A stretch of DNA of 64,000 nucleotides from a bacterium (GCA_024231905.1 JAAEQC010000102.1:80033-144032); one strand, 5' to 3'. Numbered from the stretch's first letter, positions 1-9,808 are shown. The notes: generated by a model from the letters alone, not told the origin. Translations and numbers: made by a program.

Positions 1-1
1 G

Positions 2-430
2 CGGCGGGGCGGTACGAAACTCGAAGCCAGCCGGTACATCCACGAGAAGGACGAGAACCGGACCATGTGGAACCGGTTCCTGTACGGTGTGGAGTCGCTG
101 GCCGACTGCGTCTATTACGACCAGGTCGTCAACCTGGAGGTGATGTCGGTGACCGAGGCGACCGGCATCGTCGAGCGGGCCACGACCTACCCGTGTTTCC
201 GCTGGCTGGACGAGGACCGGCAGGCCATCGACGACATCGCGCTCGCCACGCGGGTCAAGTCGATCCTCATGCAGAACTTCAACACGCGGATGTTCACCCT
301 CGACGTGCAGGCCGACGGCGGCACCGTCACGGTTACCGGTCGCGGGGACGAGGAGGCGGCCAAGGACGAGATCAGCCGGATCTGCCTCGCGGTTCCGGGC
401 GTCGAGAACGTGACCGTGGTCCACGAATGA
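2..430 (+). CDS. 5'-truncated cytidylate-kinase-like family protein with C-terminal BON domain
   Basis: Frame is open from base 2 (…EASRYIHEKDENRTMWNRFLYGV…YYDQVVNL), resembling the cytidylate kinase-like C-terminus. It is followed by a BON-like segment (DDIALATRVKSIL…LDVQADGGTVTVTG…VPGVENV). Confidence 0.7.
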   Translation, partial: RRGGTKLEASRYIHEKDENRTMWNRFLYGVESLADCVYYDQVVNLEVMSVTEATGIVERATTYPCFRWLDEDRQAIDDIALATRVKSILMQNFNTRMFTLDVQADGGTVTVTGRGDEEAAKDEISRICLAVPGVENVTVVHE

Positions 431-479
431 CGAAACGGCCCGCCCGGCCCGGCCGGGCGGCTGGAAAACGAGATACGCC

Positions 480-962
480 ATGAGCGAGACGACAACCGGC
501 TTCGACACCGGTGGCATCGATACCATCCTGGCCCGGTACGACGGCTTCGAGGGCCATTTGATCGGTATCCTCCACGAAGTGCAGAAGCTGTACAACTACC
601 TGCCGCGAGAGGCGCTCGAACGTGTGTCCGAACAGACCGGGTTCACGCTCGAGCGGCTCTACAGCATCGCGACGTTCTACAACTTCTTCAGCCTCGAGCC
701 TCGGGGCAAGCACGTCATCCGGGTCTGTACCGGTACGGCCTGCCACGTCAAGGGCGCCCCGCGCGTCCTCCAGGAAATCGAGGAAAGGCTGGAGATCTCC
801 TCGGACGAGACCACGCCGGACGGACAGTTCAGCATCGAGCATGTCCATTGCGTGGGCACGTGCAGTCTGGCACCGGTGGTCGTGGTCGACCAGGACACGC
901 ATTCCCACGTGAAACCGTCGAAGGTCCGCGCGCTGCTGAAGAACTACGAGGACAAGGGATGA
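480..962 (+). CDS. NuoE/HydC-like [2Fe-2S] subunit
   Basis: LIGILHEVQ…YLP, ATFYNFF, CTGTACH…C-x3-C-SLAP thioredoxin-like 2Fe-2S motif. Confidence 0.92.
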   Translation: MSETTTGFDTGGIDTILARYDGFEGHLIGILHEVQKLYNYLPREALERVSEQTGFTLERLYSIATFYNFFSLEPRGKHVIRVCTGTACHVKGAPRVLQEIEERLEISSDETTPDGQFSIEHVHCVGTCSLAPVVVVDQDTHSHVKPSKVRALLKNYEDKG

Positions 963-1026
963 TCCCGGCGGCACACCGCCCCGGCCGCGGGGCCGGCGAC
1001 GGTACGCACGGGGACAACCGAAGGCG

Positions 1027-2859
1027 TTGCACTTGAACCAGAATACGAACAACGACCGCCCCGGGGGCGGCAGCGGACGAGCGATCGTCATCCGTGTCTG
1101 CGTGGGCACGGGGGGTATCGCCGCCGGCGCCCACGAGGTCATGGCGGAGTTCCGCTCCCAGTTCCTGCAGCAGGGCGTGGACGGCCGCGTCCAGGGACGA
1201 CCCTGCTCCTGCGACATCAAACAGGTCGGCTGCCGCGGCTTCTGCGCGCGCGACCTGCTGGTCGACGTGGAAGTGGACGGCCGGACGCACACCTACCAGA
1301 AGGTGAAGAAGACCTACGTCAAACGGATCGTCCAGGACCACATCCTCCTGGGGGAGCCCGTGGCCTCGTGGCTTGTCGGCGACGACTATGCCCAGTTCCA
1401 TGACCAGCAGGAGAAGATCCTGCTCGCCGAGTGCGGCACCGTCGACCCCGAGGACATCGATTCCTACATCGAGTACCACGGCTACGAGGGCGCCCGCAAG
1501 GCCCTCGGCGGGATGAAGCCCGAGGAGGTCATCGACGAGGTCACGCGGTCGGTGCTGCGCGGCCGGGGCGGGGGCGGCTTCCCCGCCGGCCGGAAGTGGA
1601 CATCCACCCGCCGGGCCGCCGGAGAGCCCAAATACGTGATCTGCAACGCGGACGAGGGGGATCCGGGCGCCTTCATGGACCGGGCCCTGCTTGAAGGAAC
1701 CCCGCACGCGGTCATCGAGGGCATGCTCATCGGCGCCTACGCCGTCGGCTCCTGCGAAGGCTTCATCTATGTGCGTGCCGAGTACACCCTGGCCGTGGAA
1801 CGCTTCCAGACCGCCCTGGACCAGGCCTACGAACACGGCTTTCTGGGCAAGGACATCCTCGGCAGCGGTTTCGACTTCGACCTGAGCATCCGTCTCGGCG
1901 CCGGCGCCTTCGTCTGCGGCGAGGCCAGCGCCCTGTGCATGTCCATCATGGACCGCATCGGCACGCCCTGGCCCAAGCCGCCCCGGCTGGCCGAGAAGGG
2001 CCTGTGGGGCAAGCCCACCAACGTGAACAACGTGGAGACCTGGGCCAACGTTCCCAAGATCATCCGCCACGGCGCCGAGTGGTTCGCGTCCATCGGGACT
2101 CCCAAGTCCACGGGCACGAAGATCTTCTCCCTGGTGGGCAAGATCAACAACACGGGCCTGGTGGAGGTGCCCATGGGCATCTCCCTGCGCACCATCATCG
2201 AGGACATCGGGGGGGGCATCCCCAAGGGCAAGAAGTTCAAGGCGGTGCAGACCGGCGGTCCTTCCGGCGGTTGCATCCCAGCCGAGCACCTGGACTCGCC
2301 GGTGGACTTCGAGACCCTCGAAGAGTTGGGCTCGATCATGGGTTCGGGGGGCATGGTCGTCATGGACGAGGACACGTGCATGGTGGACGTGGCCAAGTAC
2401 TTCGTGACCTTCTGTCGGGACGAGAGCTGCGGCCAGTGCACGCCCTGCCGCGACGGCACGGCCCAGATGGTGCAGCTTCTGGAGGACATCTGTGAGGGTC
2501 GGGGAACCCCCGAGCACATCACCAAGCTGGAACAGCTCTCGGAACTGGCCACTCTCGGTTCCCTGTGCGGGCTCGGCAAGGCGGCGGCCAACCCGGTGCT
2601 GTCGACCCTGCGCTTCTTCCGCGACGAGTACGACGCCCACGTCAACGACAAGCGTTGCCCGGGCGGCGTGTGCAAGGCCCTGCACACCCTGCACATCAAC
2701 GCCGACCTCTGCACCGGTTGCCGGGTCTGCGCGGTGGCCTGCCCGGTCGAGGCCATCACCGGCGAGAAGAAGCAGCCTCACGTGATCGACAACGAGATCT
2801 GTACCCGGTGCGGCAGCTGCTACGATGTCTGCCGCTTCGACGCGATCTACAAGGAGTAG
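1027..2859 (+). CDS. NuoF/HydB-like FMN- and NAD(P)H-binding subunit with N-terminal 2Fe-2S domain and C-terminal 2x[4Fe-4S]
   Basis: LRGRGGGGFP, NADEGDPGAFMDR, GAGAFVCGE, GGPSGG, ESCGQCTPCRDG, SLCGLG, plus two CxxCxxCxxxC ferredoxin motifs. TTG start is at 1027 or 1033. Confidence 0.95.
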   Translation: MHLNQNTNNDRPGGGSGRAIVIRVCVGTGGIAAGAHEVMAEFRSQFLQQGVDGRVQGRPCSCDIKQVGCRGFCARDLLVDVEVDGRTHTYQKVKKTYVKRIVQDHILLGEPVASWLVGDDYAQFHDQQEKILLAECGTVDPEDIDSYIEYHGYEGARKALGGMKPEEVIDEVTRSVLRGRGGGGFPAGRKWTSTRRAAGEPKYVICNADEGDPGAFMDRALLEGTPHAVIEGMLIGAYAVGSCEGFIYVRAEYTLAVERFQTALDQAYEHGFLGKDILGSGFDFDLSIRLGAGAFVCGEASALCMSIMDRIGTPWPKPPRLAEKGLWGKPTNVNNVETWANVPKIIRHGAEWFASIGTPKSTGTKIFSLVGKINNTGLVEVPMGISLRTIIEDIGGGIPKGKKFKAVQTGGPSGGCIPAEHLDSPVDFETLEELGSIMGSGGMVVMDEDTCMVDVAKYFVTFCRDESCGQCTPCRDGTAQMVQLLEDICEGRGTPEHITKLEQLSELATLGSLCGLGKAAANPVLSTLRFFRDEYDAHVNDKRCPGGVCKALHTLHINADLCTGCRVCAVACPVEAITGEKKQPHVIDNEICTRCGSCYDVCRFDAIYKE

Positions 2860-2861
2860 CC

Positions 2862-3641
2862 GTGATCTCGATCCAGTTGAACGACCTGCAGGTCGAGTGC
2901 GAACAAGGCCGGACGATTCTCGAAGTCGCCCGTGCCCACGGTGTCGAGATTCCGACCCTCTGCCACCATCCGTCGCTGCCGCCGGCGGGATTGTGCCGCC
3001 TGTGCATCGTCGAGCAGGAATGGCCCGACGGGGAACGTTCGGTGAAGTCCTCCTGCACGCTCCAGGCCACCGACGGCATGAAGATCCTCACGGATACGGA
3101 CCGGGTGCATTCTCTGCGCGCCGGCGTCATCGAACTGCTCCTGCTGCGGGCGCCCCACGCCACGTCGATCCGCGACCTGGCCAATCTCTACGGCGTCGAG
3201 CAACCCGCCCTGACGCAGTTGCAGGAACCCGACGGTTGCGTCCTTTGCGGCCTGTGTGTGCGCACCTGCGAGCAGTCCATGGCCCGCGAGGCCATCACCT
3301 GCGCCCAGCGTTCCACCGGACGCTCGGTGGCCACGGCCTTCCACGACCGTTCGGAGAACTGCGTGGGCTGTGGTTCCTGTGTGAACGTGTGCCCCACGGG
3401 CGTGCTCCACCTGGAGCAGCAGGACGGCGTCCGCCGTATCTTCTGGAACGACCAGCTACTGAACGAGACCGAACTGGTGCCCTGCGAGGACTGCGGGGAC
3501 GAGTTCACCACGCGGCAGTTGCTGGACTGGACCGCCCAGCGGGGCAAGCCCAACGCCGTCGATACCGAACACCCGGTCTGTCCGGCCTGTGCCCGCCAGC
3601 GGCAGGCCCGCCGCATGGCGCGGCCCCTGGCCCGGTACTGA
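2862..3641 (+). CDS. NuoG-N-terminal/HydA-like FeS subunit without catalytic domain
   Basis: GTG start 3 nt after the upstream stop. IPTLC…GLCRLC…SC (2Fe-2S), CVLCGLCVRTC and CVGCGSCVNVCP (2x4Fe-4S), C-terminal CEDC…CPAC. Confidence 0.88.
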   Translation: MISIQLNDLQVECEQGRTILEVARAHGVEIPTLCHHPSLPPAGLCRLCIVEQEWPDGERSVKSSCTLQATDGMKILTDTDRVHSLRAGVIELLLLRAPHATSIRDLANLYGVEQPALTQLQEPDGCVLCGLCVRTCEQSMAREAITCAQRSTGRSVATAFHDRSENCVGCGSCVNVCPTGVLHLEQQDGVRRIFWNDQLLNETELVPCEDCGDEFTTRQLLDWTAQRGKPNAVDTEHPVCPACARQRQARRMARPLARY

Positions 3642-3678
3642 GCGCCCGCCGCCGGCGGCGCCCGAGGAGGATGATCCC

Positions 3679-4431
3679 ATGGCGCTGCCGTTGCTCCTGG
3701 CGGTGATTTTTCTGTCTTCCCTGGTGCTGACCATGGTCGGTCTCGGCGGTGGCCTGATCTTCTCGCCGCTGTTCGTGCTGCTGGACTTCCCCGTGAGCCA
3801 GGCCGTGTCGGCCTCCCTGCTACTCAACGGCATCGCGGCCGTGTCCGCAGCTTCGGTGTACCTGAGCAAACGCATGGTGGACATGGCGCTGGCCGTGCCG
3901 CTGATCGTCACCTCCGTGGCCGGGGCCCCCCTGGGGGCGCTCATGACCTCCCGGGTGGACGTGCGCCTGTTCACGGGACTGCTGGCGGCGGTGGTCTTCC
4001 TGGCGGCCCTGCGCATGATTTTTGGCCGGAAGGGCGCCGACGGCCGGCGGGAGATCGGCCGTACCCACCGGATCGTGGGCGGGGGGCTGATCGGCCTGGG
4101 CATCGGCTTCCTGGGGGGGATGCTGGGCATCGGCGGCGGCGTGTTCATCGTGCCGCTCTTGATCTACGTGCTGGGCGTACCCACCAAGACGGCGGCGGCC
4201 TCGTCCATCTTCATCGTCTGCTTCTCCTCCTTTGCCGGATTCGCCACCCACGCCGCCCGGGCGGACGTGGACTGGCGCTTCCTGGGTCTGGCTGCGGTCT
4301 GCTCCTTCGCCGGGGGGCAGATCGGTTCGCGGATCATGGCGGACCGGCTCCGGGGGCGCACCGTACGCCTGGTTTTCGGGGTCGTGCTGCTGGCCTTCTG
4401 CGCCCGGCTCGTGTCGCGGATCGTCGCCTGA
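3679..4431 (+). CDS. Sulfite exporter TauE/SafE family membrane protein
   Basis: Two repeats of G-(L/I)-G-G-G-x-x-x-x-P (MVGLGGGLIFSP; MLGIGGGVFIVP), about 8 hydrophobic helices, RBS GAGGAGG. Confidence 0.9.
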   Translation: MALPLLLAVIFLSSLVLTMVGLGGGLIFSPLFVLLDFPVSQAVSASLLLNGIAAVSAASVYLSKRMVDMALAVPLIVTSVAGAPLGALMTSRVDVRLFTGLLAAVVFLAALRMIFGRKGADGRREIGRTHRIVGGGLIGLGIGFLGGMLGIGGGVFIVPLLIYVLGVPTKTAAASSIFIVCFSSFAGFATHAARADVDWRFLGLAAVCSFAGGQIGSRIMADRLRGRTVRLVFGVVLLAFCARLVSRIVA

Positions 4432-4519
4432 ACCACCGGTAGCGGCGACCGCCCCGGCCCCGCGCGAAACAATCCCCGGCCGATCCGGTTTTGAGGTGCA
4501 GAATTCGGCTCCGAGGATA

Positions 4520-4548
4520 TTGTCAAGGGCCGCTCCATGTGCCACATT
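4520..4548 (+). promoter_or_regulatory. Putative sigma70 promoter of pckG
   Basis: TTGTCA-N17-CACATT about 80 nt upstream of the start codon. Confidence 0.4.
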
Positions 4549-4627
4549 GTCGGGTACTGTTCTCAGGTCAGGGACGATCCCGCCCGAGTCGCGGGATCCG
4601 GTTTTCATGGCATAGAAGGAGGCAGAG

Positions 4628-6586
4628 ATGCTGGAGTTGAAGAAGGGTGTCGACATCCTCTCCCATTGCGGTGGGATCGAGTCGCTCGATGAAGCCAAGA
4701 AGCTTTTCGCCGAGAAGATGAACGCGGAGCACCTGGCCCGCCTGGATAAGATCAAGACCGGTGACGCCCTCCTGAAGATCGCCAACGCGATCGCGCTGTG
4801 CCAGCCGGACAGCGTCTTCATCTCCACCGGCTCCCCCGAGGACATGGCCGCGGCCAAGAAGATGAGCCTCGACAAGGGCGAAGAGAAGACGCTTGCCATG
4901 AAGGACCACACGATCCACTTCGACCTGCCCGAGGAGCAGGGCCGGATCGTCGACCGCACCTACTACATCATCAACGAGGGCGAGCCCGTCAGCGTGCTGG
5001 GCAAGAAGATGATCCGCGACGAGGCCCTGGCCTACGTCAAGGAGCAGATGACCGGCATCATGAAGGGCAAGACCATGCTGGTCGGCTTCTTCAGCCGCGG
5101 TCCGGCCGGCGCCAAGATGGCCCTGCCCGCCCTGGAGATCACCTCGTCCACCTACGTCATGCACTCGGGCGACATCCTCTACCGCCACTGCTACGACCGC
5201 TTCGACGAGCAGGTCGAGAAGTCGGGCACGTTCCTGACCAACGTCCACTCCGAGGGCCAGAACCGCCCCGAGGACCTGCCCAACGCCCGCGTCTTCATGG
5301 ACCGCAGCTGGCTGACGACGTTCTCCATGTTCTGCACCTACGCCGGCAACACCCTGTTGCTGAAGAAGGGCAACCACCGCTTCGCCGTGGACCTGGCCAC
5401 CTACTACGGCAAGGGCCAGGAGCTCTCCGAGCACATGTTCATCACGGGCATGGAAGAGGACAGCGGCCGGATCACCTGGTTCGCCGGCGCCGCGCCCAGT
5501 GGCTGCGGCAAGACCACCACGGCCATGGCCGGCACCGAGTTCGTGGGTGACGACCTGGCCCAGATGTGGATCGCCGAGGACGGCACCATGCGGGCCATCA
5601 ACCCCGAGCAGGGCATCTTCGGTATCGTGGCCGACGTGAACCGCGAGGGCGACCCGTTCCTGATGAAAAACCTGCGCGAGGAAGGGACCGAGATCATCTG
5701 GTCCAACGTGCTGATCGACGACAAGGGCGTTCCCCACTGGACCGGTAACGGCGAAGAGCACGCCGACAAGGGCGTCAACTTCCAGGGCGAGTGGACCAAG
5801 GGCAAGAAGAACGCCGAGGGCAAGGAGATCCCCATCTCCCACCCCAACGCGCGTTGCACCCTGCGTTGCCGGGACATCGGCAACTACAGCAACACGACCG
5901 GCGAGGATCCCGCGGGCGCGCCGGTGAAGGTCGTTACCTACTCCGGCCGTGACGCCGACACCATGCCTCCGGTGTGGGCCGGCAAGAACTCGGACCACGG
6001 CGTGGTCATCGGCGCCTCCATCGTCTCGGCCGCTACGGCGACCGAGGTGGGGGCTTCCGGCGTCAAGCGCCAGCCCTGGGCCAACGCGCCGTTCATCCCC
6101 GGCGCCCTGGCCGACTACATGCGCGTACAGTTCCAGTTCTACGGCAGCGACAAGTACACCGACGCCGGCAAGCCCGTCCTGGCCGGTCTGAACTACTTCC
6201 TGACCAACGAGGCTCGCGGCGGCGAGGGCCGGGCCCTGCTGGGCGAGAAGCGCGACGTGAAGGCCTGGCTGACCTGGCTGGCCCGTTACGCCCACGGCGA
6301 CTACAAGGGCATCGAGACGCCGGTCGGCTTCATTCCCCGGTACGAAGAGATGAAGCAGACCTTCGCGGACACGATCCAGAAGGACTATCCGAGGGATCTG
6401 TACGACAAACAGTTCTCCATCTACATCGACAACATCCTCGGCCGCATCGAACTGCAGCGCGAGGCCTTCGGCAAGGAAGAGAACCTGCCGGAGCAGCTGT
6501 TCAAGGTGTACGACGAGTGGGAGGCCGGACTCAACGAACTGAAGGGCAAGTTCGGCGCCATCGTGACGCCGGATCAGCTCGGCTAG
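4628..6586 (+). CDS. pckG: Phosphoenolpyruvate carboxykinase (GTP), archaeal-like subtype
   Basis: YAGNTLLLKK, LSEHMFI, kinase-1a GAAPSGCGKT, VGDDLA, INPEQGIFG, SHPNAR. Strong RBS and codon bias. Confidence 0.93.
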   Translation: MLELKKGVDILSHCGGIESLDEAKKLFAEKMNAEHLARLDKIKTGDALLKIANAIALCQPDSVFISTGSPEDMAAAKKMSLDKGEEKTLAMKDHTIHFDLPEEQGRIVDRTYYIINEGEPVSVLGKKMIRDEALAYVKEQMTGIMKGKTMLVGFFSRGPAGAKMALPALEITSSTYVMHSGDILYRHCYDRFDEQVEKSGTFLTNVHSEGQNRPEDLPNARVFMDRSWLTTFSMFCTYAGNTLLLKKGNHRFAVDLATYYGKGQELSEHMFITGMEEDSGRITWFAGAAPSGCGKTTTAMAGTEFVGDDLAQMWIAEDGTMRAINPEQGIFGIVADVNREGDPFLMKNLREEGTEIIWSNVLIDDKGVPHWTGNGEEHADKGVNFQGEWTKGKKNAEGKEIPISHPNARCTLRCRDIGNYSNTTGEDPAGAPVKVVTYSGRDADTMPPVWAGKNSDHGVVIGASIVSAATATEVGASGVKRQPWANAPFIPGALADYMRVQFQFYGSDKYTDAGKPVLAGLNYFLTNEARGGEGRALLGEKRDVKAWLTWLARYAHGDYKGIETPVGFIPRYEEMKQTFADTIQKDYPRDLYDKQFSIYIDNILGRIELQREAFGKEENLPEQLFKVYDEWEAGLNELKGKFGAIVTPDQLG

Positions 6587-6609
6587 CCGATCCGACCGCA
6601 GGACAGACG

Positions 6610-6640
6610 AGGCGCCCGGTTCGCGAGAGCCGGGCGCCTT
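6610..6640 (+). terminator. GC-rich hairpin, probable terminator after pckG
   Basis: AGGCGCCCGGTT…AGCCGGGCGCCT inverted repeat. Confidence 0.6.
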
Positions 6641-6804
6641 GGCGTATTCGGGAACCGTCACGGCCGCCCCGGTGAACGACAGCCGGACAATCATGCTCCT
6701 GGATCGAGCCCCCCAATCTGTGGTATAGATTGTCGAGAACGGTACGGCAACGGGTGGGCGCGGGTATCGCGTGCACCGACCACGCCTCCGGTCCGAGGTG
6801 TAAG

Positions 6805-8817
6805 ATGGCCCCGACGAGCGAGAGCCACTTCGGTCACGATTCCGGGGAAACGAGCGTCGGCAGCAGAGAAGACCTGCAGACGGTGCTGGACGGCATTTCC
6901 GCGGGCGTCATCCTCCAGCATGCCTCGGGCAAGATCCTCACCTGGAATCGCACCGCCGCCCACATATTCGGCCTCGAGGCCAGGGATATCGTCGGCCGCG
7001 CGACCGCGGATGCCGAGTGGGCCACGATCCGCGAGGACGGCTCCCCGCTCCCCGGCCGCGACCACCCTTCCATGGTCACCCTGCGCACGGGCCGGCCCTG
7101 TCGGGGCCAGGTCATGGGCGTGCGCCAACCGAACGGCAACTACCGCTGGATCTCCATCGACACCGAACCCATCTTCGCCACCGAAGCCGGCGCCATCGAA
7201 GCGGTCGCCATCTCCTTCACCGACATCACCGAGCAGCGGCAGGTGGCCGCCGACCTGGTGCGGAGCCGGCGCAGCATGGCCACGCTCCTGGGCAACCTGC
7301 CGGGCATGGTGTACCGCTGCCAGAATGATCCCGACTGGACGTTCGACTACGTGAGCGAAGGCTGTCTCGGATTGACCGGCTACGAGCCCGACAACCTGGT
7401 CAACAGCCGGACCATCTCCTACGCCGAGATCATCCATCCCGAGGACCGGCAACTGGTCTGGGACGGGGTCCAGGAGGCGCTGGCGGCGGGACACGAGTTC
7501 GAACTCGAATACCGGATCATCACGAGATCGGGCCAGGTGCGCTGGATGTGGGAACGCGGCATCATGGTGCCCGGGGACCTGGGCGAACCAGACCTGCTCG
7601 AGGGCTTCATCACCGATATCACACCCCGCAAGCGGGCCGAAGAAGAACGCGTGGGCCTGGAGTTGCGCCTGCGGCAGTCCCAGAAGATCGAGGCCATGGG
7701 CACCATCGCCGGGGGGATCGCCCACGACTTCAACAACATCCTTGCTTCGATCATGGGCTACGCGGAACTGGCGCTGCTCGATGCGGAGCCGGAATCGGAC
7801 CTGCAATCGTCCCTGGACGCGGTGGTCAAGGCCAGCCTCCGGGCGCGGGACCTGGTCTCCCAGATCCTCACCTTCAGCCGGGGAGGGGAACACGACCGGC
7901 GTCCGGTGCGGCTGGACGGCATCGTGGACGAAGCGGTCGGCATGCTGCGCTCGGTCCTGCCTTCCACGGTGGGAATCGAGGTTGTCGTCGACGGCGCGCC
8001 GCCTGTCATCGACGCGGATCCGTCGGAGCTCCATCAGGTGGTCGTGAATCTGGCCACCAACGCCGTGCACGCCATCGAACCGAACACCGGCACCATCACC
8101 ATCACCGTGGGCGCCACCGAGGTCGCCGCCCACGAACTGACCGCGGGCGAACTCGCTTCCGGCCGCTACGCTTGCCTGGAGGTCCGGGACAACGGTTGCG
8201 GCATTCCCACCTCCAGTCTGGGCTCCATCTTCGACCCTTACTTCACGACCCAGGTGAACGGCAAGGGCACGGGCCTGGGCCTGGCCGTGGTCCACGGCAT
8301 CGTCCTGGCCCACGGGGGTGGCCTGAGGGTCGTCAGCACGCCGGAGGTCGGCTCGGTTTTCGCCGTGTACCTACCGCTCTGCGCGACCGGCACCGCCGAG
8401 GATCCTCCCGCGTCCGGAGAACCGGTGGGTGACGTCTGCGGCCATATCCTGGTGGTGGACGACGAGGAATCGCTGGTCGTGCTCAGGACCCGGGAGCTGT
8501 GCCGTCAGGGCTGCGAGGTCACCGCGGTCACGGACAGCCTGCAGGCGCTGGCCCTGTTCCAGGCGGATCCCCAGGCGTTCGATCTGGTGATCACGGATAT
8601 GACCATGCCGGGCATGGCCGGGGACGAACTCTTCCGGGCGATCCGGTCCGTGCGCGCGGACCTGCCGGTGGTGATCTGCACCGGTTACAGCGAGCGCCTG
8701 GGCAAGCTGGCGGACCGGGAATCGACGCCGGACGCGATCATCCACAAGCCCGTGCGCCACGAGGAGTTCCTGGCCACGGTGCGGAAACTGCTGTCGCGGC
8801 CGCGGCCCGGTCGCTGA
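6805..8817 (+). CDS. PAS-PAS hybrid sensor histidine kinase/response regulator (CckA-like architecture)
   Basis: Two PAS/PAC domains, H-box GGIAHDFNNIL, N-box VVNLATNA, G1 DNGCGI, F-box FDPYFTT, G2 GTGLGL, C-terminal receiver (VVDDE…TDMTMP…KP). Confidence 0.93.
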   Translation: MAPTSESHFGHDSGETSVGSREDLQTVLDGISAGVILQHASGKILTWNRTAAHIFGLEARDIVGRATADAEWATIREDGSPLPGRDHPSMVTLRTGRPCRGQVMGVRQPNGNYRWISIDTEPIFATEAGAIEAVAISFTDITEQRQVAADLVRSRRSMATLLGNLPGMVYRCQNDPDWTFDYVSEGCLGLTGYEPDNLVNSRTISYAEIIHPEDRQLVWDGVQEALAAGHEFELEYRIITRSGQVRWMWERGIMVPGDLGEPDLLEGFITDITPRKRAEEERVGLELRLRQSQKIEAMGTIAGGIAHDFNNILASIMGYAELALLDAEPESDLQSSLDAVVKASLRARDLVSQILTFSRGGEHDRRPVRLDGIVDEAVGMLRSVLPSTVGIEVVVDGAPPVIDADPSELHQVVVNLATNAVHAIEPNTGTITITVGATEVAAHELTAGELASGRYACLEVRDNGCGIPTSSLGSIFDPYFTTQVNGKGTGLGLAVVHGIVLAHGGGLRVVSTPEVGSVFAVYLPLCATGTAEDPPASGEPVGDVCGHILVVDDEESLVVLRTRELCRQGCEVTAVTDSLQALALFQADPQAFDLVITDMTMPGMAGDELFRAIRSVRADLPVVICTGYSERLGKLADRESTPDAIIHKPVRHEEFLATVRKLLSRPRPGR

Positions 8818-8946
8818 ACCGGCCCCCCCCTCCCGCCCCGAGAATCTTTGATCCCCATTGAAAACCCGTATTCGCAAACCCGCCGGTTAGGGGTGCAATT
8901 GCCGACGTTCGCACTTTCGCATGAGATGGACAACGTGGTGGAGGGG

Positions 8947-9729
8947 ATGATGAAGAGGAACCTTATTCATGCGCTGCTGGCAATGTCGCTGCTGGTCCTG
9001 GTCTGGGGCTGCGGGGACGACGACGATCCCACCGAGACGGCCAACAAGCTCACCGGCACCTTCAGCATCAACGACGGGAATCCGCAGACGGATTCGCGCG
9101 CCGTCACCCTGCTCTACGACGTGGCCGAGGCCGACTCCGCGCGCTTCTGCAACGTCGGCAGCGCCTGGACCACGTGGCTGCCGATCCCGGTGGTCAAGGC
9201 ATCCCGGGCCTGGGCTCTCGAAGGCGACGACGGGGTCAAGACCGTCCAGGCCGAATTCAAGTCCACCGACGGCCGCACCCTGGACCTGGAGGACGACATC
9301 GAGTTGGACACTGTGCGCACCCGCATCCTGATCCTCGACGACAACGGCTACGAGATCGATCTGGATATCGCGACGCTCCTGGAGATCCTGCCCCTGACCT
9401 ACGACGGCGACTACTGCGACGACGGTGGAGGAGTCTGTCCGGAGACCTACACGCGGATGATCGACCATCCGATCACCGAGGGTCTGCCGGCCACGTTCGT
9501 CACGCCCAACGATTGGACCTACAGTTTCTTGGCGGTCCACGACGCCTCCCTGGCCACGGGCATCCAGGTGCTGTTCGAGGGTTCCAACAGCGGTGCGGCG
9601 CTGGGGATCGGAACCTACGGCAGCGGCAGCACGGTGCATTGGAGCATGGCCGGCGAGTACGACGGGGACGCGATCTGGTCCGCCGAAACCGAGCGCATCC
9701 TGACGAACATAGCGGCGTTCGCCGACTAG
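8947..9729 (+). CDS. Putative lipoprotein, unknown function
   Basis: Signal peptide with lipobox LVWG-C followed by an acidic linker and a beta-rich domain. RBS GGAGGG. Confidence 0.75.
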   Translation: MMKRNLIHALLAMSLLVLVWGCGDDDDPTETANKLTGTFSINDGNPQTDSRAVTLLYDVAEADSARFCNVGSAWTTWLPIPVVKASRAWALEGDDGVKTVQAEFKSTDGRTLDLEDDIELDTVRTRILILDDNGYEIDLDIATLLEILPLTYDGDYCDDGGGVCPETYTRMIDHPITEGLPATFVTPNDWTYSFLAVHDASLATGIQVLFEGSNSGAALGIGTYGSGSTVHWSMAGEYDGDAIWSAETERILTNIAAFAD

Positions 9730-9752
9730 GGCGGGCGTACCTGCGCAGTACG

Positions 9753-9781
9753 ACGGCCCGTCCCCACATGGGGCGGGCCGT
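9753..9781 (+). terminator. Hairpin downstream of lipoprotein gene
   Basis: ACGGCCCG-TCCCC…GGGG-CGGGCCGT imperfect inverted repeat. Confidence 0.4.
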
Positions 9782-9808
9782 TGACGTGCGGGCCCGTGGG
9801 GCTACACT
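9781..9808 (+). promoter_or_regulatory. Putative sigma70 promoter for yjbQ-aminotransferase operon
   Basis: TTGACG-N16-TACACT. Confidence 0.5.

Noticed and set aside
959..1036. Short ORF MIPAAHRPGR…CT* overlapping the nuoE-like stop, possible frameshifted or Sec-containing N-terminus of the NuoF-like gene
   Set aside because: Low-complexity peptide in a different frame. The downstream protein is complete from TTG 1027/1033, and I saw no SECIS-like or homology support.
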